From positions 57,536,001 to 57,600,000 of the forward strand of contig OX597824.1 of NCBI GenBank assembly GCA_951406725.2: 64,000 nt of DNA, written 5' to 3'. Under the pieces are notes generated by a model that did not search any database, was not told where the DNA came from, and was given only the letters and a program-made list of their open reading frames with translations. This document shows, piece after piece, positions 53,721 to 64,000 of this stretch (position 1 is its first letter; each line of letters opens with the position of its first letter). This stretch comes from Octopus vulgaris. Lineage: Eukaryota. A program made the position numbers and the translations under genes.

Positions 53721-54990
53721 TCAGGTCATCCCATGAGTCCTGTCCGATTTTACCTTTTTGTAAAATTGAATGAAATTTAATAGTATTTTAGAATGTCTAA
53801 TGGAATTAAAAATTCTTTTTATGCATTTGTGTACATTTAAACTAATTAAGTATTATTTTACAGAATAATAGAATTAAAATTTCTTTGATTAAAGCCCTTT
53901 CTAACATGGAAGTATCCCAAAAGCATTTAAATCACATAATGCTTTATGAGTACAAAAAAGGAAACTCTGCAGCCGAAGCGACTCGAAACATACACTCAGT
54001 TTATGGGAAAGAATGCTTGAATGAAAGAACTTGCAGAAGATGGTTTCCAAAATTCAGAAGTGGAGATTTCAGCCTTGAAGATGAAGATCGAACAGTAAGT
54101 CCAGTTGAGTTTGATTATAAGCTCCTTTAGACATTACTTGAAGAAAATCCTGCATTACCAGTTGAATAATTGGCAATAAAGCATAGTTCAAACCATACAA
54201 CTGTTCATCGTCATCTTCAACAACTTGGAAAGGTTCCTAAACTTGGAAAATAGGTGCCTCGTGAATTGACCGAAAGCAACCTCAAATTCCTAGATGACAT
54301 CTGCTCTTCTCTCCATTCGCGCGAACTCATTTTACCCTTTCAAGATAGACTTGTGACTGGTGACGAAAAATGGATCTTCTATCGAAATGCTAAACGTCGT
54401 AAACAGTGGCCTGGTAAAAGGGAAAAAGCTCAACCACAACTGAGAAGGAAACTTCATGGAAAAAATGTTCTCTCTATCTGGTGGGATTGCAAAGGAGTAA
54501 TTCACTTTGGGTTACCAATGCAACAATCAAGTCTACAGTCAGCAATTAGAGCGTTTGAACCAAGCTTTGAAGGAAAAGAAACCCGCTTTAGTGAATCGAA
54601 AAGGAGTGATGTTTCATCAGGACAATGCGAGACCCCACACTGCAAAGATCACATCACAGAAGATCGAAGAGCTTGGTTGGGAAAAATTCCTCATCCACCT
54701 TATTCTCCCGACCTTGTTCCTTCAGACTACCATATGTTTCGTAGTTTACAGAATCATTTGGGGGATATAACTTTCGCAAGCCAGGAGGAGGTCGAAACTA
54801 AAATTTCAGAGTTCTTCGCTTTGAAGCCAAAAGAGTTTTAGATTGATGGGATTAAAAAGCTAGTAAATAGATGGAAGAAGCAATAGATAATCAGGGAAAG
54901 TACAATGATGATTAAATTGCAATTAAATATAATATTTGATCACTTGTATATTTTATTCCAAATTTGGACAGAACTTATGGGATGACCTGA
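53721..54990 (+). mobile_element. full-length mariner (second family), transposase pseudogene
   Basis: TIRs tcaggtcatcccatgagtcctgtcc / ggacagaacttatgggatgacctga, TA flanks; VTGDEKW, HQDNARPH, YSPDLVPSDYHMF; several stops and frameshifts. Confidence 0.95.
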
Positions 54991-55117
54991 TATATCGCGA
55001 GTTCAGTCCCACGTTCGACAAGCGTCTTCTACTATAGCCCCGTGCCAACCAGTGCTTTGTCGGTGGATATGGAAAACGGAAACAGAAAAAATCCACACAT
55101 ACATGTATTAAAAAATC

Positions 55118-55620
55118 TTACGGTAGCAAAAATATTTATAGAAACATTCTTTGTTACCACTGGTCTAGCGAGAAGGAAAAATTTAGTCAATAGACTATAC
55201 ATTATTCATAGAAGAATACAGTGTACATTCAGACACATAAGTTATGATAAAAGGTTTTTGGCTAATTTTGAAAGAAAATCGGCAATATATTTACTGCCGG
55301 ATAGTTCCGCATTTGCGCGGAGGATTCGAAAAATTATAATATATAGACACGTGGCATGTTACTTTAAGGCCTCTATATGTTGATCCCTGGCATCCTACTG
55401 ACGAAGCAGCGCCAGATATAAATTAAAATTATTTTATTTTAATTTACATAAGATTGCAGAAACTATGCATAATCTATGAAAAATAGGGTAAATGTTTTTA
55501 TTTTTCATTCCCTTTCAGAGTTGCAACTATTAGTGGTTTGGAGTTTTAACTGCTCTTTCTAGTGAGTCAGATATCCTATTATTGGTTATCTCTTATGTGT
55601 TTGAATGTACACTGTATTCA
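55118..55620 (+). mobile_element. diverged relative of the 35529-36339 element, HHR at 55393-55479
   Basis: TCCTA CTGACGA AGCA..TGCA GAA ACTATGCATAAT C TATGA; colinear with 35995-36335; inverted segment 55217-55241 / 55592-55617. Confidence 0.75.
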
Positions 55621-55647
55621 TACATACATGTATGTATATATATATGC

Positions 55648-55712
<65 letters not shown>

Positions 55713-56284
55713 TAAACATATATACAGATACATATATATATGTTTTGTTTGTATCGTCTATCTGGATGTTTTGTTGTCCCTTTTTTGTATCACCCAACTG
55801 TCTGGATGTTTCGCGTCCTTGTCCCATTTTGTATTTTATATATATACATAATATATATATATATATACATACATACATACATGCATGTATATTGTGTTAC
55901 ATCACATACGCATACTCATATTCACATATACACACACACACATATACACAGATGATCATATCAAACGAAAACAACCCTGCAAAATTCGTACATACGTACA
56001 TATGACAAAGTTCACATGAATTAGGCGTATGGGTTTGCATGCATATATGCACTCCTTGAGTCTTTCTTATTTACCTATGTATTTACTTAAGAACGATATA
56101 ACGAGCAAACTTTTGAATATTTTGAATTATTGACGTGACATTATTATAGTTCGTTCTAGAACATTCCATAGGAAAATATATTTGTTTATCAGCAGCTATA
56201 TAAACACGCACACCTTCAACTTGTAACTAGTTTGATAAGTGCCAACACAAGAAAGTCTCTAATTTTGAGTCACTCTGTTGCTTC

Positions 56285-56405
<121 letters not shown>

Positions 56406-59400
56406 CAAGTATGGTTGTGCTTGTGATTAGAATATTCGTTTCATAGCCACGTGGTTTCTGGTTAAGTTTCATCCAATGGGACTGAATAGAAAGGATATCA
56501 TGTGTTAAAGGTATCGAAGAAAAGTATTACAAATCCAACAGCTGTTTCTTAGAGGTTGGTGGTCCAAAATAATGCTTGTAGAGTGATTCCACCGTTGGAT
56601 GAGACGAGCCTCCATCTTCAGGGAAGGGATCTTATATTTGAAGTGTTGACAAAAAGAAGTTCATAGATGGAAATACGTATGTGTATATATATATTAATAA
56701 TGATAAAGAGATTGAAGTTGATCCGTAGAGTAATTGATAATATTATCATTATCAATATTATCATTATTAATATTATTAATTACTCTGCAGAATATATGCA
56801 GTCCGGTACAGGACACACGGAATTACCCAGCGAGAGAAGTTATCTGGCCCTATCAGCTTGTTTTAAGCTGGAGTAATAAATACAGACTGTTGTGGTTAGA
56901 CGGCATTTGAAAACGACTTGAGAGGAAGTACAGTAACTCATACTAATTTTTGCAATATATATATATATATATATAATTATGTGTGTGTGTACACACATAC
57001 AGTTGTTGTTGCTTCCTCAGGTTGTATCCTGAATGCGTTGATCTACGACCATCCCAATTCATTTTGAAATAATGCATTCATACAACACTCGTATCTTACC
57101 ATTAGCTGGAAGGGTATAGTTTGAGGTGAATTTAACTGCTTTTATAGCTTAAAGATAGAAGCTCTGTATATTTAATGGTATATAGAAAGTGCCCTATGGT
57201 TTCTTTATTTTCATCATCCAGAAAAGTATCCTTTATATCGGACGAGGGTGACGAATTTGATGAATGCGCTGGTACACAAATAGTGTACGTAACTATAATT
57301 ACACATCTAAATGAAAAGACTGGATTTAAATATCCTGAAAAGGAAAATATTGGATTCCTGAAAAGAATCTGAAATTAAGTAAAAGAATATAAGATAAATT
57401 TTAAATTTTAAATATTTTCTTTTGAAAAATTTAATTTGGTATATAAATTCTTTACAGTAAACTTGCGTTATATATTTTAAAACAGAACCCGTAAATTATG
57501 TGAAGTTTTTGTTAATAAGAAGAGAAAATATGATCGTAAAGCAAATGTATACAATGTAAATAATGTGTAAGAATTGAGAGAAGAAAACACACAGGAAGAT
57601 CCAACGATAACATATAAAGAAAATAAAAATAAAAAAAACCCAGAGAAAGTAACAGATAAACAAATATAAATTCAATACTAAAGAAAAACAGAAATATCTA
57701 AGCTAATATGCTTTTTACGGTGGTGGTGGGGTGGCAAAGATAGATGAAATAACTTCCAGTAAAAGCAAGATTTATAATTTTCACTTCAAAGGGACCTATT
57801 ATAACTTTTAGCCAGAAAATATAAGACGTCTACCAAAAGTTGCTCCTGTAAAAACAATATGGAAGAATTTCGAGATAAAGTGATTACTTTACATATGTTA
57901 ACATGTACGTGACTAGTAATAATATTTATACAATTATAGAAACATTTGGTAATTTGGAAACGTCCTTCGATGAATTTAGTTTAAATAGAAATGGCTTTAT
58001 TTCTATGTTGTTTGTTGCTGTTATTGAGTTCCGGGCCAACCTTAATGGAGAAACAGTATCCAATCCGTGGCCATCTTGTCTAATATATAACGGCAGGATA
58101 CATTATCCAATGAGCTGCCCCGCTTCTATGACTGTGGATGACGCCCTGATTCTTTAGTAATGATTTGATTTGAAGGAGATTATGCTGCTATTTCTAGCAG
58201 TGAGCACATACATTAAGTAACATAGAGCCCATTAATTAGATGTTAATTAAATTCCCATCAATAAAAGTAATTAAAATCATAATAGACGTCACATATTAAC
58301 TACATTAGAAAAGTGCGGTTTCTGGGTAAAACTGAATGAGTCTTGTCTGCACCCACGTAATTCAAATAAATCTCTTCAGACATAATATATATAGATGTAT
58401 TGAGAGAATACAAAAATTATAAATACAAATATATGTATAAAAGCATAAATATTTAAACACAATATGTATTAATAAATAGACAACATAATATGTATAAATG
58501 TATAGACATAGTATGCGATATTGATGCTAATATTACTGAGCTACATCTAACACAAAATTTGAATTTTGTTTTACTTATGCGGCGCTATTACACTTCAGCA
58601 AACGCATTTTAAACTACTAGGGTATAATTTTCGCTGGCTATTTCTGATTCGTTTCGAAAGGAGGGCAAGTACACGACATTGATGAGCAGCAACAACTGCG
58701 AATAATCGATATTGTTCTCGTTTACTTCCATACAAAATATTGTAGCTACTAAGGTTTAACAAACATTAAGTATGTGATCTTCTTAATATATAAAATCTAT
58801 TCTGTTTGTCTGTTTGTGCGCTTATGACTCGAGTATTGTTCCTCTGATCGCTCTGAAATTTTAAACATGGATATATGAGAGAGCGGGGCGTTCCGTAATC
58901 TAAAAATATTTTCAAAATTGTTAGTTTCAAAATGAAAATCGCTATTTTTGTAATCTTTATGTCCTGTTTGTCCCGCCATTAAAACAACCAGTTGCTCAGA
59001 CAGCCGGCACATGCCATTTCGCTAGCAACAAGGGAAGTACAGGATGACAATCACCCGAAACCGTCGCTATACTGTCTCTCTTCTTTCCTCTCTCTGTGGG
59101 TTGATAATCAGTTTCTCATTCAAACTACATAACAGGCAGAATTGTCGGATTAATACAGTAGGCTGTTTTGAAGGAGATTTGGCTGCTATTTCTACCAGGT
59201 CTAGCTACCATGTAGAGATCTGCCTCATTGATATTATATATTACTTATGCTTTCCAAAACCGAGTTACAGATTTTAACGTATGGGGTAACAAAAAATTCA
59301 GTACTATTTTGGATATAAATTAAACTTAGTTTTCATTCACATATTTGCATATCAAAAATTTAACAATCTTTTCCATAAATCAGCTATCGTAAAAATTTTA

Positions 59401-59719
59401 TACGATGACGTCACATTTTTTATATATGTGTGTATACCTTAAAAGACGTCAATCATCACGACACACATCTTCCCTCACTCTGTCTTTCTTTCTCATCCTC
59501 TTTCTCTCTCACATGCACACGCGCAAGCCCGCACGCACACATGTCCATTTCATATAGACGTACATACATCCTTCACTTTCTCTGTTCTTTTCGCTTTATC
59601 TTTCAATTTCTGCTCTCTTCAAATAATTTTTTTACGCATACAGCTGCCTACAAAAATAGGGATTAATGTATAATTTCTTTCTATGTTTATAATTTTTTGT
59701 TTACAATATTGGGGAAAAT

Positions 59720-60651
59720 ATGCCACCTAAGAAAAGACGTAATCTCTCCAGAGACTAGTATAAAGCAAGGAGGATTTTAGAAAACCGAAGAGAAAAGCTA
59801 GATGAGATTTTCTCAACATCAGCAAATGCATATTGCAGCACTTAATGCTGGATCATTAATCAATGTTTTAATAATTAGGCAGAGGTCCAATAGAATAGCT
59901 CTCAGAAACAGACTACGTACAAATTCGTTCTTCACAACTCCTGAAGCTGTTTTCAGATATGATCCATCCCATTCTTATAAAAATAAAAATTCTGTCCAAA
60001 TTGGTGTACTAAACAAATTGTCTTTTCTGTAGAGCTTTAAAGTGTTTAAATGAAACAAATGGTATTACTGTTCAGGCGGTCAGGCAACATTGCCAGCACA
60101 ACAAGCCCCTTCTCAGCCTCTTATAAATCTTGTAGAAGGCATTTCCATCCAGTCAAAGGATTTTCTGAACAATATCAGACAATACAACTCTGCAAATGAC
60201 ATCGTTTGGTGCATCTAAGTAGATAGATAAACATGAATTTACTTCAAGGGTAAGTCTATCACCTCATTGGTTCCCTGTTACCCACAAATGAATAACCGCA
60301 TTTCCTCCAAATTTACTTTATGAGTGATGTAGGACAACAAACCCGAAGGAGGTGTTAACATTTTAGATGATGGGTCGTGTTAGATACAGCGCCGACTGCT
60401 GCAAAAGAGAGTATATCCACTGACAGCTTCTCGGTGCGTTCAAAAATCGCATAACCCCCACAGGTTAGGGCCTGAAATACTCCAAACAGACGCATAACAT
60501 ATTGCTTAGTCGAATTAGCCCATCATTTACTCCACAAGTGCTTTGTTGTCAATGCTGCACTTTCCCATATCACTTGTTTCAACATAATTGTAATATATTA
60601 TATACAAACTATACCATTTTAATCCCGAGCAACGCCGCGTGCCTCTGCTAG
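59720..60651 (+). mobile_element. internally deleted Helitron with RepHel N-terminal remnant
   Basis: MPPKKRRN..FRYDP..VQIG..FCRALK..FLNNIRQYNSA..MTSFGA..GxVYHLIGSLLP..FLQIYF; 3' cccgagcaacgccgcg..CTAG|T; true 5' end lies further left. Confidence 0.85.
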
Positions 60652-61914
60652 TATAAATATAATTATAATACATGTACACAACACACACACACAACCTTAT
60701 AGAAAATATATTTATTAACTTTATTGAAGTCATCTGTTCGCCAAAAAACTTAATTTTTGCAATTTATGTTTAGGATAGAAAGAAAATTAAAATCTGGCGA
60801 GTGCAACTTACCTTGAGAAACAGAATAGCTATTCATCGCTAAAAAATTTTAGCTCCTAAAACGAGTCAGATTCCAATAACTGAAAATTTAGACTCATATA
60901 CAACAAATCCTCTAGATACCAAGTCTCTTTGTTTTGACTAAACTACAGATCAGATACAGATAGAGATAATATGATAATTAAAAAATATAGACCATGTTTA
61001 AAAATATAAACCTCGACAAAATACGCTATAGTGAGTTGGTACTCCATATGAAAAGGATACACACAATAACCCCTAAATTCCCAAGACATTATACTGCTGC
61101 TGTTCACATTCTCGCGGACAAACGCATATACAAGCATGCACACACATTCTAGCAAATACATATGCCACTCGAATACAAGTGAGTAATCTATTATATTTTC
61201 TTTTTAAGATATTTTTATGAACTACTTGTTCGTACCATCACAGGACACATTCACTGGATTAATCCAAACCCTGACTTTTGGTACAATTATTGGCCATAAT
61301 GTCACGTGGGCTAATATAAAGAGAAATTACTGGTGATATTGTCACATGACATATCTACTGGACTAAGATGGCCTCAACTTTTGGTGCAGCTATCGTTCAT
61401 ACAATGACACTAATACACGGATGTCACAGAGAATTCACCAAATGCTACACATGATCATGTGACCATCTTTAAACCAATCAAAATACATTTTAAATGAAGA
61501 CAATACAAGCCGTAAACTCTCCTTGAAACGAAGCGAATTTTCAAGCACCGATGAAATCCAAAATCCAATCCTGGCATCACTGTCTGCCCCTCACCCATAA
61601 ACTGGTTTCAAAAATCAAGAAATTGTGGAATTGGTTAAGTTCATGTAATCGTTAATGCCTTTGTGTACACACACATATGGGCGCGTAGGCGTGTATATGT
61701 ACATACATAGATGTCTATATGTATATAACATGTATGCATACATGCAAACATATATATATCTCACCTAAGCAGCAGGGTGACATCAGGTTGACCAGCAGGC
61801 TAAAACAAGCCGAAGTGCGTTGTGACAAGCGATGAATAACAACATCCGATAGTTTGGTCAATATCGTAATGTGTGTGGGTGTGTGTGTGCGTGTATGTAT
61901 GTATATATATATAT

Positions 61915-62083
61915 ATTTTTTTTTTCTCTCTCCTTGTTTCTTTTCTGTGAATCTTGTTGAAGAGCGTAGGCTCGAAACGTAAAATACTTGTTTTATTTAT
62001 ATTCCTGAGCGCCACACTAATACAATTGTTCGTTTATATTCCACCTGCCTTCGTCTTTTGTTTATTTTCATAAAGCTTCCCGT

Positions 62084-62085
<2 letters not shown>
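61915..62085 (+). mobile_element. solo PLE pLTR (A6U HHR family)
   Basis: ttgttgaagagcgtaggctcgaaacgt..ccacctgccttcgtcttttg..cttcccgttata. Confidence 0.75.
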
Positions 62086-62135
<50 letters not shown>

Positions 62136-62161
62136 GATAGACAGACAGACAGATGATAGAT

Positions 62162-62251
<90 letters not shown>

Positions 62252-62689
62252 AAAATAAAATGAGCGACGTTCTTTATTTAAAGACACTACAATTGTTTCG
62301 GCATTGGTGAGATGTTGCTTGATTATTATCATCCATCAGTGGTTTAAAATGCACCTTATCAGGTAATTGTTTAAATAAGCCCTTCGTAAGATCTTGAATG
62401 TACAAGTATAAGTATAGTTGAATATAGACGAATGTACAAGTTCAATTCATTTATTGACGTATGTATATCTATGTTTGTGTGCGTGTGCATGTTTGTATCT
62501 GTACTGTATATATGTATTTCAATGCATTTATATATGTACGCCTCTGTGTGTCTTTAAGATCTCTTCCTCCGCATTTACGTATTGACTTGCATATGTAAAT
62601 GTGCATGTGAGAGTTGCAATAAACTGAATGCGTCAATGTGTGGGTGTCCGTGCGTGTCCGTACGTCCGTGCGTGTGTGTATTTATTTTA

Positions 62690-63075
62690 TTTATTTTATT
62701 TTTTTATTTCATCTAGTTTCAGCTCATGAGCTGAGGCCATGCTGGGGAACCGCCATTTGGCGTTGCTACATAATTTTACTTCACGAATGCTTTTTAGCAA
62801 TTGACATTTGGTGCATGAGAGAGTTTGATGCAGCTGCACCTCCTGCCGTGAAGTTGGTTCATCTGGAAAACCTGACAGGAAGAGGTCCAGCTTTATTTTG
62901 AAGACACCTACATTCACCCCATGCAGGTCTCTCAGGTCCTTCAGGAAGATATTGAAGAGCTGTGGACCTCTGAACCTCAGGCTATTGCAGTGTCTTGTCC
63001 TACATATTGATGGCAAATTTGGAGTCCTTGGCACTATGCAGTGGGGCCCAGTTATATAGTTTGCATTCACTCCAC
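62690..63075 (-). mobile_element. CR1/L2-group LINE 3' end
   Basis: CNSLRFRGPQLFNIF.KDLRDL..FKIKLDLFLSGFPDEP; tail stem-loop and A-rich repeats. Confidence 0.8.
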
Positions 63076-63300
63076 ATCACAAAATGTTACTTTACCTCGT
63101 GTCACCGACACAAATGTGAATTAACTACGTACACAAACACACGCACATATATAATTCTTATGTACACAATACATACATGTATATACGTGCGTTTGTAGTG
63201 TGTGTATGCATACCTATGTTTATATATACATATATGTGTATGTGTGTATATATATATATATATATAGCTGTCTGTCTGTCTGTCTGTCTCTGTCTCTCTG

Positions 63301-63367
<67 letters not shown>

Positions 63368-64000
63368 ATTTCTCACGTTATTTGTCTAGCGATTTGTTTA
63401 ATGATGAAAATAAAAGCAATTCAGAAGAAAAAAGGGCCAGAAATTACAAAAGTAGTAACAATAGAAAGAACAGTTGCAACAGCAGCAATAACAACATCAA
63501 CGTTATCTGAAATATTTGATAGCAGCGATAAATCCTTAAAAATGTTTTAGCCCGAAGGCCGCGGCCATGCTGGGGCACCATTTCAAAGTGAAATTTATTG
63601 AACCAAACAAAAAACAAATATTAACAACAACAACAATAAAGATCTTTTGATCTCATTCTATTTATTTCTCTTCATGAAAGTTTTGTAAACGGATGAGAAA
63701 GGTATATGTTGTGGTGTTTGCTCTTGGGTCTTAAATAAATTTCGTAATTACGAAACCAAATTGTGAGGCTCAGTTTTTTGCATTAGTATAAAAAAATAAG
63801 CTCTCTATGAATGCATGAATCTGTGTATATGTGAGCGTGTGTGTGTTTGTGTATATGTGTATGTGTCTGTTTATGATTTAAATTAAAACGTATACGAATC
63901 ATTAAATGAAAGAAAACAAACCTATGTCACTAAACGGTTGTTTTTTCTATTGTTGGTGTGGGATTTGTATTGTCGTTCAACATTGTGCCATTCATAACTA

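Noticed and set aside
56580-56625. Minus-strand CTGAAGA TGGA..TCCA
   Set aside because: No GAAA after the stem.
62284-62343. Minus-strand CTGATGG..GAAACAATTGTA motif
   Set aside because: Palindrome and GUA present, but stem II does not pair and A9 is mutated.

Overview
AT-rich, microsatellite-saturated eukaryotic intergenic or intronic DNA. The SINE families look like those of a cephalopod (Octopus); this is recognition, not a database result. No host protein-coding exon can be supported, and nearly all short ORFs are microsatellite translations. The window is a mosaic of mobile DNA: two tRNA-derived SINE families (about 25 copies), two full-length decayed mariners plus a fragment, an IR/DR-type Tc1, a MITE, Helitrons, a Merlin remnant, Dong/R4 LINEs in (TAA)n tracts, a CR1-group 3' end, a probable Tx1/L1-like insertion in a SINE head, and many Penelope-like (PLE) pieces. 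The main hidden signal is about a dozen type I hammerhead ribozyme (HHR) motifs from several unrelated PLE-type families, mostly in fold-back elements next to microsatellites. They show natural covariation of the core 3-8 pair (C-G, U-A, G-C). They include a near-perfect retrozyme-like element (35.5-36.3 kb) and a tRNA-headed, HHR-containing fold-back element (47.5-48.0 kb) that looks like a Penelope-mobilised SINE. All coordinates were counted by eye and may be off by a few bases.
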